Assembly: GCA_023412005.1 (NCBI GenBank)
Contig: JAEYOE010000012.1
Span: 324,693-388,692, forward strand
Length of the DNA stretch: 64,000 bases
From: Bacillota bacterium
GTDB lineage: Bacteria; Bacillota; Clostridia; Christensenellales; SZUA-584
Direction of reading: 5' to 3'
Positions 29,769-39,152 of the stretch are shown here, piece after piece. Below the pieces are notes generated by a model. The model was not told the origin of the DNA. It worked only from the letters and a program-made list of their open reading frames with translations, and made no database searches. A program made the translations under genes and the position numbers. Within the stretch, counting starts at the first letter, position 1. Every line of letters begins with the position of its first letter.

Positions 29769-30818
29769 ATGAAAGCAGCAGTTGTCGTTGCAAATGAAGA
29801 TGTGAGGTATATGGATATCGAGGAGCCTCAGGTAAAGCCGGGCACCGTTAAGGTTAAGGTCGCGGTATCGGGAATCTGCGGTTCGGATATTCCGCGCGTA
29901 CTGGAAAACGGCGTGCACTTTTACCCGATTGTGCTCGGTCATGAGTTTGCCGGTGTGGTGGTGGATACTGGGGAAGGCGTAACGTCCGTTAAGGTCGGAG
30001 ACAAGGTGGCGGGCGCACCGCTCGTGCCCTGCATGGCTTGCGGTGATTGTCAGAAGGGCAATTACGCGCTCTGTAAGCATTATAGCTTTATCGGCTCGCG
30101 TCAGCAGGGCAGCAACGCGGATTACGTTGTGATTCCCGAACGCAATGCTGTTGTGTTCGATCCATCCATAAGCTATGAGCAGGGGGCCATGTTTGAGCCG
30201 TCAACAGTGGCGCTTCACGGTGTGCTGCAGTGCGATTACCGCGGCGGCGGCACGGTGGCGATATTGGGCGGCGGCACCATCGGAATATTCACGCTTCAAT
30301 GGGCCAAATTGCTCGGCGCGAAGAAAACCGTGGTTTTCGATATCAGCGATGAAAGGCTGGCGCTGGCAAAAAAATTGGGCGCGGATGCCGTTGTCAACAC
30401 GCTTAAAGACGGGTTTATGGAAGAAGCGCTGTCGTATACTGACGGCAGCGGTTTTAACTACGTGTTTGAAACAGCCGGTGTAACAATCACGATGAAAATG
30501 GCTTATAAGCTGGCTGCCACAAAAGCGCATGTGTGCTTTATTGGTACACCGCATGCCGACTTAACGTTCACCCCCGCCGAATGGGAGAACATGAACCGAA
30601 AGGAATTCAGGCTGACAGGATCATGGATGAGCTACAGTGCGCCATTTCCCGGCGTTGAGTGGACCATGACCGCCGAGTATTATGCGCAGGGCAAGCTCAA
30701 ATTTGACGAAGGCCTGATCGGTGAGCGCATACCGATGGAAAACGCGCAGGAAGCGTTTCAGATGTTTAAAACGCCGGGAGCGGTTAAAGGCAAGATACTA
30801 CTCACAAACAATATTTAA
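29769..30818 (+). CDS. Zn-dependent dehydrogenase, galactitol-1-phosphate 5-dehydrogenase (GatD)-like
   Basis: Colinear with E. coli GatD: GICGSDIPRVLENGVHFYPIVLGHEFAG, HYSFIGSRQQGSNADYVVI, LTGSWMSYSAPFPGVEW. Confidence 0.8.
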   Translation: MKAAVVVANEDVRYMDIEEPQVKPGTVKVKVAVSGICGSDIPRVLENGVHFYPIVLGHEFAGVVVDTGEGVTSVKVGDKVAGAPLVPCMACGDCQKGNYALCKHYSFIGSRQQGSNADYVVIPERNAVVFDPSISYEQGAMFEPSTVALHGVLQCDYRGGGTVAILGGGTIGIFTLQWAKLLGAKKTVVFDISDERLALAKKLGADAVVNTLKDGFMEEALSYTDGSGFNYVFETAGVTITMKMAYKLAATKAHVCFIGTPHADLTFTPAEWENMNRKEFRLTGSWMSYSAPFPGVEWTMTAEYYAQGKLKFDEGLIGERIPMENAQEAFQMFKTPGAVKGKILLTNNI

Positions 30819-30832
30819 AGGAGGAAATAAAA

Positions 30833-31843
30833 ATGGAAACGATTGATCCGAAAAAGGTTCCGCAAAGAACGTTATACGACGGAGGCAAAATGCCCTGCAT
30901 CGGCATGGGTACGTTTGGTTCCGATCGGTTTACGCCCGACCAGGTGTCGGCCGCAGTGGCCGGTGCGATTAAAGTCGGTTACCGGATGTTTGACTGTGCA
31001 GCGGTATACGGCAACGAAGACATGATCGGCGATGTGTTTCAGGACGCATTCGACAAAGGTATCGTTAAGCGCGAAGAGCTGTTTATCACAACAAAGGTAT
31101 GGAACAACATGCATGGCCGCGGCGATGTGCTGATTTCAATGGCCAAAAGCTTAAAAGACCTGCATCTTGACTACATCGATGCGTTTTTCGTTCATTGGCC
31201 GTTTGCGAATTACCATGCACCGGGGTGTGACGGTGATGCACGCAACCCTGAGTCTAAGCCGTTCTCGGTGGAAAGATTCATGGCCACCTGGCGGCAGTGC
31301 GAGCGGCTTGTGGACATGGGATTAACAAAATACATCGGTATGTCGAGCATGACGATACCCAAGCTGGAAGCCGTGCTGCCGCTGTGCCGCATTAAACCGG
31401 CTGTGATTGAGATGGAATTGCACCCGAGCTTCCAACAGCCTGAGCTTTACGACTATATCGTCTCCAAGGGAATCGCCCCGATTGGATTTTGCCCGATCGG
31501 TTCGCCCACACGGCCTGACCGCGACAAGACGGAAAATGACGTTGTGGATATTCAAATGCCTGAGGTTGTGGAAATCGCGAAGGCACACGGTGTGCATCCG
31601 GCGGTGATCTGCCTCAAATGGGCAGTGCAGCGCGGCCAAACCCCGATTCCGTTCTCGGTGTTTGAGAACGAATATACGAGCAACTTAAAGTGCGTGACTG
31701 AAGACCCGCTGTCGGATAAAGAGATGGATTTAATCAAAGCGGCCGATAAAAATTGCCGCCTGATTAAGGGCCAGGTTTTCCTTTGGGAAGGCGCCAAGGG
31801 CTGGGAAGATCTTTGGGATTTGGATGGAACGATTACAAAATGA
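30833..31843 (+). CDS. Aldo/keto reductase
   Basis: The AKR catalytic tetrad context is present (FDCAAVYGNE, TTKVW, VHWP). SD AAGGAGG. Confidence 0.88.
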   Translation: METIDPKKVPQRTLYDGGKMPCIGMGTFGSDRFTPDQVSAAVAGAIKVGYRMFDCAAVYGNEDMIGDVFQDAFDKGIVKREELFITTKVWNNMHGRGDVLISMAKSLKDLHLDYIDAFFVHWPFANYHAPGCDGDARNPESKPFSVERFMATWRQCERLVDMGLTKYIGMSSMTIPKLEAVLPLCRIKPAVIEMELHPSFQQPELYDYIVSKGIAPIGFCPIGSPTRPDRDKTENDVVDIQMPEVVEIAKAHGVHPAVICLKWAVQRGQTPIPFSVFENEYTSNLKCVTEDPLSDKEMDLIKAADKNCRLIKGQVFLWEGAKGWEDLWDLDGTITK

Positions 31844-33114
31844 ACACAGCAGAGTATTTCAATAAGTTAATTAAAGACCAGAAGAACGGCAGCGACAAAG
31901 CCATATGCTCGATATGCAGCGCGAATGAATTTGTGCTGGAAGCGGCCATGGAAGACGGGCGAGACAACGATTTGATGGTGCTGATTGAAGCAACGGCGAA
32001 TCAGGTTAACCAATTTGGCGGTTATACGGGCATGCTGCCCGATGACTTTATGGCCTTTGTCAGACGCATTGCGAAAAAGGTAGGGTTCGACGAAAGCAGG
32101 CTGATTATCGGCGGCGATCATTTGGGGCCGCTGACATGGCAGGGCGATACCGAGGCCGTGGCCATGGAAAAAGCCGAAGAATTGGTTCGCCAATATGTAT
32201 CAGCCGGGTTTTCTAAGATACACCTTGATACCAGCATGCGTGTTGCGGATGATTCAAAGACGGAGCGCCTTTCAGACGAGACGATCGCGCGGCGCGCGGC
32301 GCGCTTGTGCGCGGCAGCAGAGGCAGCCGCAAAGCAGGAGAAGCCGGTGTATGTGATTGGCAGCGAGGTGCCTGTGCCGGGCGGTGCTACAGAAAACGAA
32401 GACAGCATTGCCGTTACGTCGCCTGACGATTTGAAAGCGACGCTGAACACCTTTAAAAAGGCGTTCGCAGAAAAGGGCCTGAGCGATGCGTTGACACGCG
32501 TGGTTGCGGTTGTTGTGCAGCCGGGCGTGGAGTTCGCGGATAACACGATCATAAAATATGATGCATTAAAAGCCAAAGAACTGATCAACTGTGCGAAAAG
32601 CCTTGACGGCATTGTTCTGGAAGGGCACTCCACCGATTATCAGCCAAAGGCAGCGCTCGATATGATGCGCCAAGACGGCATCGCGATTTTAAAGGTGGGG
32701 CCGGCGCTGACATTTGCACTGCGTGAAGCGCTGTTTGCGCTTGAGGATATGGAACGTATTTTGTATCCGTTCTCGCCTGCGGGTGGTTACTCGTGCTTCC
32801 GGGATGTGTTGGAAGGCTGCCTGATGGCCGATGAAAAGTACTGGAAGAACTATTATCACGGAAGCGATCAGGACAAAGCATACGCGCGAAAGTACAGTTT
32901 GTCTGACAGATGCCGGTATTATCTCGACACCGAAACGATCAAAGCTGCGATAGAGCGGCTGATTACGAATATCAACGCCTGTGAGCTGCCTTTCGGTCTG
33001 CTGTCTCAGTTTTTTCCCGCCCAGAAGGAGAGAATTCTGACGAGCGAGAAAAAAGTGACAGCACAGATGCTGATTAAAGAGCACATTAAAGATGTGATCA
33101 AAACATACAGGTAA
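31840..33114 (+). CDS. GatZ/KbaZ/AgaZ-family protein (tagatose-bisphosphate aldolase non-catalytic subunit / tagatose-6-phosphate 4-epimerase family)
   Basis: ICSICSANEFVLEAAME, IEATANQVNQFGGYTGM and GGDHLGP motifs. ATGA overlap with the AKR gene. Confidence 0.85.
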   Translation: MNTAEYFNKLIKDQKNGSDKAICSICSANEFVLEAAMEDGRDNDLMVLIEATANQVNQFGGYTGMLPDDFMAFVRRIAKKVGFDESRLIIGGDHLGPLTWQGDTEAVAMEKAEELVRQYVSAGFSKIHLDTSMRVADDSKTERLSDETIARRAARLCAAAEAAAKQEKPVYVIGSEVPVPGGATENEDSIAVTSPDDLKATLNTFKKAFAEKGLSDALTRVVAVVVQPGVEFADNTIIKYDALKAKELINCAKSLDGIVLEGHSTDYQPKAALDMMRQDGIAILKVGPALTFALREALFALEDMERILYPFSPAGGYSCFRDVLEGCLMADEKYWKNYYHGSDQDKAYARKYSLSDRCRYYLDTETIKAAIERLITNINACELPFGLLSQFFPAQKERILTSEKKVTAQMLIKEHIKDVIKTYR

Positions 33115-33144
33115 CAGACGCGTAACTGTATTTCGCAGAGTTAT

Positions 33145-33188
33145 TAAAAAAAGACTCACTAACTTTGTTCAGATGAGTCTTTTTTTTG
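33145..33188 (+). terminator. Intrinsic terminator of the rare-sugar operon
   Basis: AAAAAAGACTCA...TGAGTCTTTTTTTT. Confidence 0.85.
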
Positions 33189-33245
33189 TTGATTGAACCG
33201 AAAACAGGGCCTATTTAAATCTCTTGAAGACCGGTTTGGCCTGCG

Positions 33246-33274
33246 TTGACAATTGGGTGGCTTAAGTTTATCAT
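33246..33274 (+). promoter_or_regulatory. Sigma-A-type promoter upstream of the second sensor operon
   Basis: TTGACA-17 nt-TATCAT. The -10 element lies in the left arm of an 11-bp inverted repeat, GTTTATCATAA (33266-33276) / TTATGATAAAC (33299-33309). Confidence 0.45.
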
Positions 33275-33531
33275 AATAACATGTAATTAACTTAAGATTT
33301 ATGATAAACATTTGCTTTCGGCACGGGATAAGGCTAAGAATACCATAGGCGACCTCTCATTGATATCAACTGAAGAATCAACGATAAATGAATAAATCAT
33401 GTGCGGGGAAGCCATTGAGTTATTTATATATGTAGAAAATCAATTCTTTTTCAGAAGCCATTTGAAAAGCAGCAGGGTATGTATGTGAGCATATAAGAGA
33501 ACAGACACATCAACCAGAAGGGAACATGAAT

Positions 33532-35148
33532 ATGTTTAAGGTCTTTCTTGTCGAGGATGAAATTGTGGTTCGTGAAGGCATCCGAAACAATATTGATTGG
33601 GAACAGTATGGCTTTATTTTTGCCGGTGATGCACCGGACGGAGAGCTTGCGTTGCCGTTAATACGTCAGATACAGCCCGACCTTATTATTACGGATATCA
33701 AAATGCCTTTCATGGATGGGCTTTCTTTGATTGATATTATTCGCAAAGAGCTGCCGAAGACTAAAATTGTGATAATCAGCGGATATGATGATTTTACCTA
33801 TGCTCAGCAAGCCATTCATCTTGGTGTGGAGCAATATTTGCTCAAGCCGGTTATAAAAGAAAAAATGGTGGAGATTCTGATTGATCTGCATAAGAAAATG
33901 GATGCCGAATTCCAGATGCAAGAATACATTGCAAGGTTTCAACGCGAAGCTCAGGAGTATGAGACTTTTTCGCGCCGTCGGTTTTTTGAGCAAATTATTG
34001 CAGGAAATTTAAGCGTCTCTGAAATTTCCGAGACCGCGAAAGCCTTGGGAATCGACGTGAATGCACCATGTTATAATATTGTGCTGTTTTCACTGAACAG
34101 CGCCGGATATGATGGCAGCACGCCGGAGAGTTATACAGACACACTGGCGGTGGTGCAGGATCATTTCAGAAAGCTGATCGTCAGCCATTCGGAGCTTATA
34201 CTTTTCAATTGGAATGTGACGACATACGCTGTGTTGATTAAGGGCAGTCACGAAGAAATCGAGAATCTTACGAAGAAATGCGTTAACGACATACAAAACT
34301 GCTGTGCCATGGCTGGCGGTGATGTCGATTGGCACGTTTCATACGGGTCGCCCGTATCTCGGCTCAACGCCATTCCGGCTTGTGCTGCGGAGGCAAGCCG
34401 TATACTGTCATACCGATATCTTTGCCCGGAGGAGCATCTGCTGACTGAAGCAAGCATATGGAGTTTGAGACAGCAGAACGATTTAAAAGAGAACGAGCAT
34501 AAAACGGAGATTGATCAAGAGTGTGTCAGAAAATTTTTAAGCAATGGTGCAGCAGAAGAAATTGACCGTTTTATCGATCAGCTTCTGGAAAGCGCCGGAG
34601 AGGAAAATGTTTCGCTGCCGTTGTTTTGCAGGTATCTCGCATTAACGGTTTATTTTGCCTCCAGTGAATATTTGAATTCAATTGGCTGCCGGGCCGAGAG
34701 CTTTTTGTCTGCGGAGCTGCGTCCGAGCGACAGCGCATCCACGCCGGAGGAAGTCAGAAAATTTGCACGCCAAATTTTAGAGAAGACGATCGTTCTGCGA
34801 GACAGTGAAAGCAAAAAGCAGCAGCGTCAAATGCTGACGCTGGCGATTGAGTTCATCGAAAAGCACTACCCGGACGAATCCATTTCGCTCGATCGTGTGG
34901 CCAAAAAAGTGAACATCAGCCCGAATTACTTCTCAGCTATGTTCAGCCAGGAGGTGGGGCAAACCTTTGTGGAATACCTCACAAGCAAACGAATTGAAGA
35001 GGCCAAGCGGCTGCTTCGTCAAACGGACAAGCGTTCAAATGAGATTGCATTTTCGGTGGGATATAAAGACCCGCATTATTTCAGCTTTGTATTTAAAAAG
35101 GTTTCAGGCTGTACACCCAGTGAATACCGCAGAGGGGACAAGCTGTGA
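33532..35148 (+). CDS. YesN-type response regulator (REC + AraC HTH)
   Basis: REC motifs (LVEDE, IITDIKMPFMDG, KP). AraC HTH (YFSAMFSQEVG...GYKDPHYFSFVFKK). I prefer the ATG at 33532 for SD spacing. Confidence 0.9.
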   Translation: MFKVFLVEDEIVVREGIRNNIDWEQYGFIFAGDAPDGELALPLIRQIQPDLIITDIKMPFMDGLSLIDIIRKELPKTKIVIISGYDDFTYAQQAIHLGVEQYLLKPVIKEKMVEILIDLHKKMDAEFQMQEYIARFQREAQEYETFSRRRFFEQIIAGNLSVSEISETAKALGIDVNAPCYNIVLFSLNSAGYDGSTPESYTDTLAVVQDHFRKLIVSHSELILFNWNVTTYAVLIKGSHEEIENLTKKCVNDIQNCCAMAGGDVDWHVSYGSPVSRLNAIPACAAEASRILSYRYLCPEEHLLTEASIWSLRQQNDLKENEHKTEIDQECVRKFLSNGAAEEIDRFIDQLLESAGEENVSLPLFCRYLALTVYFASSEYLNSIGCRAESFLSAELRPSDSASTPEEVRKFARQILEKTIVLRDSESKKQQRQMLTLAIEFIEKHYPDESISLDRVAKKVNISPNYFSAMFSQEVGQTFVEYLTSKRIEEAKRLLRQTDKRSNEIAFSVGYKDPHYFSFVFKKVSGCTPSEYRRGDKL

Positions 35149-36587
35149 GCACTCTTTCAAAATTAAAAGTTAAAAATGAAAAAACAACGATGCACAGCAA
35201 GCTATGGAAGATCATATTAATCGTCGCGATTCCGTTGATGGCGGTGATATTTGCGATTTCGTCAATCGCTGTTGGGTACGCGCTGCAGTACAACGCGATT
35301 CTGAACAACGTCACGACAGCTGCGGATTTTAATCAGGACTTTACCAATGATATCAAATCAAAAATGTACTATTATGTGATTGAAAGCCAGTATTCGGACG
35401 GTCTGCCAATCGAAGAAGTTAAGTCCGCTGAGACGCTCGCACAAAAGCTGATTATGACGACGGCGGAAAAGGACAGCCTTCGTGCCATCAACAGCGTGCT
35501 GAGCTTGTGCCATAATCTCGAGGAAACAATATATCAGATTGCGGACACGAAAGGCTACGATGCCAAGATGGCCTTGCTGAATAACGATTTTAATATGATG
35601 GCCGATCTGATTCAGGAATATGTGTATACTTATGTTTATTATGAGGCCGTGCATCTTGATGATCTGCAGACTGCTATGATTACCAATATGGTCGTTGTGA
35701 TGGGCATCATATTTGTTTTGTCGCTGGTGCTGCTTTATATACTTTTAACGCATTCAAGAAAACTCAGCGCCAAAATTGTTGACCCGATTGACGAAATCTG
35801 CCTGCGCCTTGAGGAAATTGGCAAGGGTGATTTACTGGTTTGCGAACCGATTCAAGCGGACGTGGAGGAGGTTCAGCTGCTTTCTTACGGCATAGAGAGC
35901 ATGGTTGGGCATTTAAAGCTGCTGATTGAGAAGAACGCGGAGCAGGAAAAACAGCGCAGAAGCACCGAACTGGCGCTGCTTCAGGCGCAGATTAATCCGC
36001 ATTTTCTCTACAATACATTGGATACCATCGTGTGGCTGATCGAATCCGGGGAGATCAGCTCAGCTGTGACCATGGTGTACAGCCTGTCGAATTTCTTCCG
36101 TTTTTCGTTAAGCCGAGGAAAAACCGTCATCACACTCGCCGAGGAAGAACAGCATATTCGAAGCTATCTGGAAATCCAGCAGATGCGCTACCGTGATCTG
36201 ATGGAATATAAAATTGACATTCCCGATGAACTGAAAAAGAACATACTGCCGAAACTCACCCTGCAGCCCTTGGTGGAAAACGCCCTGTATCACGGTATTA
36301 AAATAATGCGCCGAAAAGGCATTATCAGAGTGACCGGCAAAGAGCAAGGCCAAAACATGATTTTGGAGGTAACCGATGATGGCTCTGGTATGTCGGAGGC
36401 GCGTTTGCAAGAGATACGGGCATCCCTCGAAAAAGAAATGAGCGACGGCTTCGGCCTCAGAACGGTTCATCAAAGAATTCAGATATTGTTTGGTACAGAA
36501 TATGGTTTGAGAATGGAAAGCGCCCCGGATGTCGGCACGAAAATTATCGTGACGATTCCCATGCAGACGATGGATAAGGAGAAGTGA
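35145..36587 (+). CDS. Sensor histidine kinase, His_kinase (YesM) type
   Basis: QINPHFLYNTLD H-box and HATPase motifs. The GTG start overlaps the regulator stop. SD AGAGGGGA. Confidence 0.88.
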   Translation: MSTLSKLKVKNEKTTMHSKLWKIILIVAIPLMAVIFAISSIAVGYALQYNAILNNVTTAADFNQDFTNDIKSKMYYYVIESQYSDGLPIEEVKSAETLAQKLIMTTAEKDSLRAINSVLSLCHNLEETIYQIADTKGYDAKMALLNNDFNMMADLIQEYVYTYVYYEAVHLDDLQTAMITNMVVVMGIIFVLSLVLLYILLTHSRKLSAKIVDPIDEICLRLEEIGKGDLLVCEPIQADVEEVQLLSYGIESMVGHLKLLIEKNAEQEKQRRSTELALLQAQINPHFLYNTLDTIVWLIESGEISSAVTMVYSLSNFFRFSLSRGKTVITLAEEEQHIRSYLEIQQMRYRDLMEYKIDIPDELKKNILPKLTLQPLVENALYHGIKIMRRKGIIRVTGKEQGQNMILEVTDDGSGMSEARLQEIRASLEKEMSDGFGLRTVHQRIQILFGTEYGLRMESAPDVGTKIIVTIPMQTMDKEK

Positions 36588-36589
36588 CC

Positions 36590-37585
36590 ATGAAACTGAA
36601 AATAATGGCGGCCGCTGTGTGTATTGTGGTGTTGTTCTGCGGATGTTCTGAAGAAGATCAGACATTGACGGAGACAGACAAGCAACAGCCTATTGTGGTT
36701 GGGTTTTCACAGGTCGGTGCGGAATCTGAATGGCGGGTGGCCAATACAGAAAGCATCAAAGCCGCACTGAGCGAAGAAAACGGATATGAGCTGATTTTTG
36801 ACGACGCCAGAAATGAACAGGAAAATCAGATCAAAGCCATCCGTACCTTTATACAGCAAGATGTAGACTACATCGTGTTCTCTCCAAGAGTTGAAACAGG
36901 CTGGAATTCGATACTGCAGGAGGCGAAGGATGCCGGCATACCGGTGATTGTGACAGATCGCTATATTGAAACTGCGGACGAGGAACTGTATTCGGCTTAT
37001 ATCGGGTCCGACTTTCGTGAAGAGGGGGAAAAAGCCGTTGAGTGGCTGAAGAATCTGTTGAGGAAACAGGGGAGGACAGAAGAATCTATTGGAATTGTTC
37101 ATATCCAAGGAACACTTTCATCCTCTGCACAGATCGGACGCACCGCCGCGCTGGAGCAGGCTGTCGGCGAAAATCCAAACTGGAGAATCATTGCACAGGA
37201 GGATGGGGACTTCACGCGAGCCAAGGCTTACGAAGTCATGGGCGAAATTTTGAGAAAAACGCTCGATATCGACGTTGTTTACTGCGAGAACGATGGTGAA
37301 GCGTTGGGCGCAATCGACGCGATGAAAGAGATGGGGCTGGACTGCAACGTGAACGGCGGCGTCATTGTTATTTCGTTTGATGCCACAAAACGGGCGCTTG
37401 AATACTGCATGGAGGGAAAAATCGGCCTGACGGTGGAATGCAACCCGCTTCAGGGCCCGTATGTTGACGAAATCATACAAAAACTGAATCGTGGGGAACC
37501 GATAGAACGGCAAAAATTTATTGATGAGACCCAGTTTGACTTCTTCAACGTTACGCAGGACATCATTGACAGCAGAAAATATTGA
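36590..37585 (+). CDS. YtfQ-like sugar-binding lipoprotein, sensor partner
   Basis: Lipobox LFCGC. VGFSQVGAESEWRVANTESIK and QENQIKAIRTFIQQDVDYIVFSP are colinear with E. coli YtfQ. Confidence 0.85.
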   Translation: MKLKIMAAAVCIVVLFCGCSEEDQTLTETDKQQPIVVGFSQVGAESEWRVANTESIKAALSEENGYELIFDDARNEQENQIKAIRTFIQQDVDYIVFSPRVETGWNSILQEAKDAGIPVIVTDRYIETADEELYSAYIGSDFREEGEKAVEWLKNLLRKQGRTEESIGIVHIQGTLSSSAQIGRTAALEQAVGENPNWRIIAQEDGDFTRAKAYEVMGEILRKTLDIDVVYCENDGEALGAIDAMKEMGLDCNVNGGVIVISFDATKRALEYCMEGKIGLTVECNPLQGPYVDEIIQKLNRGEPIERQKFIDETQFDFFNVTQDIIDSRKY

Positions 37586-37842
37586 CGATTCCATAGTGGC
37601 CTCGGATCAATAACCTTGTCATGCGTGCGCAATAAATTGACGGTTTGGTTCTATGCCGATCATTCATGCAGTAATAATACATATACATAGATACTGATAC
37701 TGCGAAAATAGATTCATACAGATTCCACAACAGAGAATACTATTCAAAAAACCATATATTACGAAGTTTAATAGAAAAAAGCGGAAAAATTAGCGTGGAA
37801 AATAGATAATTATCACAAGTTTATAAAAAGATTAGCTCAGTT

Positions 37843-37892
37843 GGGTTTGCTATTTACTCAATATAGTTGAAATATTTACGGGGTTTGCTTAC
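37843..37892 (+). promoter_or_regulatory. Direct repeats GGGTTTGCT (x2) and TATTTAC (x2) upstream of the transporter operon
   Basis: GGGTTTGCTATTTAC (37843-37857) and TATTTACGGGGTTTGCTTAC (37873-37892), about 90-140 nt before the ytfQ-like start. Confidence 0.35.
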
Positions 37893-37981
37893 CATTATTG
37901 TTTTTCATTTGTTCGATTGTTAAAATAGACTCATTCTCTGATGTATAACGTCAAGAATAAAATCTGAAAGGAAATCGAATT

Positions 37982-39028
37982 ATGAAAAAACTGTTGGTAG
38001 TTCTCATGACTGTTGCAATGGTGTTCGGCCTTATCGCTTGTGCCGCACCTGCTGCGAGCGAACCGGCATCCGCCGAAGTATCTGAATCCGTTGCTCCTTC
38101 TGCGGAAGAATCTGCTGAATCTTCTGCACCCGCCGAACCGGCTGGCGAGATCAAAGTTGGTATCATCAACAATCCTCCGGCTGAATCCGGCTATCGCGCG
38201 GCGAATGTAGCTGACTTCGAAAAAGTTTTCTCTAAAGAAAACGGATACGCTGTTTCGACATTCTACAGCCTGAAGAACGATGAGCAATTGAATGCAGCAA
38301 GTCAGTTTATCACCGACGGTGTGGACTATCTGCTCATTTCTGCTGCTGCAACTGATGGTTGGGAAGCCGTTCTGACCAGCGCTAAAGAAGCCGGCATCAA
38401 AGTGTTCCTCTTCGACCGTATGATGAACGTTGATGAGAGCATGTATGAAGCTGCTGTCGTTTCCGACATGGCTAACCAGGGCACAACAGCTGTGGAATGG
38501 CTGAAGGCTCAGAAACTTCCTGAGTACAATGTTATCCACATTCAGGGCGCAATGGGCAGCGATGCTCAGATCGGCCGTACAGCTGCGCTGGATGCTGAAT
38601 TTGCAGCCGGCACAATGAAGAAGGTTGTTCAGCAGACCGCAACTTGGGATGAAGCCGAAGCGAAGAAAATTGTAGAAGCTGTCATCAATTCCAAAGAGAA
38701 GTTCAACGTTATCTACGCTGAAAACGATGGTATGGCTAAGGGCGCGGTTGCTGCTCTTGACGAAGCCGGTATCACCCACGGCGTTGGCAAAGACGTTGTC
38801 GTTATGGGCTTCGACTGCAACAAGTGGGCACTCAGAGAGCTGCTTGCTGGCAACTGGAACTATGACGGACAGTGCAGCCCCTTCCAGGCAGCTGTTATCG
38901 ATGGCATGATCAAGGATCTCGAAGCTGGCAAGACGCTTCCGTCCAAGAAGGTTATTTCTGAAGAAAAAGGCTTTGATGCAACGAAGCTGACACAGGAAGA
39001 CATCGATACTTACGGCCTCGGCGAATAA
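37982..39028 (+). CDS. ytfQ: ABC transporter substrate-binding lipoprotein, YtfQ (furanose-binding) family
   Basis: Lipobox GLIAC. PBP type I fold, paralogous to the sensor protein at 36590. Confidence 0.85.
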   Translation: MKKLLVVLMTVAMVFGLIACAAPAASEPASAEVSESVAPSAEESAESSAPAEPAGEIKVGIINNPPAESGYRAANVADFEKVFSKENGYAVSTFYSLKNDEQLNAASQFITDGVDYLLISAAATDGWEAVLTSAKEAGIKVFLFDRMMNVDESMYEAAVVSDMANQGTTAVEWLKAQKLPEYNVIHIQGAMGSDAQIGRTAALDAEFAAGTMKKVVQQTATWDEAEAKKIVEAVINSKEKFNVIYAENDGMAKGAVAALDEAGITHGVGKDVVVMGFDCNKWALRELLAGNWNYDGQCSPFQAAVIDGMIKDLEAGKTLPSKKVISEEKGFDATKLTQEDIDTYGLGE

Positions 39029-39067
39029 CATCTACACCTAAAAACAGGGACGACGTAATAAGTATGT

Positions 39068-39116
39068 GCGGTGCTGAGTATGCGGATAATCTTTGCATAC
39101 TCGCACCGCCGTCTTT
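39068..39116 (+). terminator. Strong stem-loop / partial terminator after the binding-protein gene
   Basis: GCGGTGCTGAGTATGC / GCATACTCGCACCGC followed by CGTCTTT. It covers the tracked upstream start (39093) of the ATPase ORF. Confidence 0.6.
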
Positions 39117-39152
39117 ACGAAAACTCCAATGCTTAAAGGATGGTTAATACCT

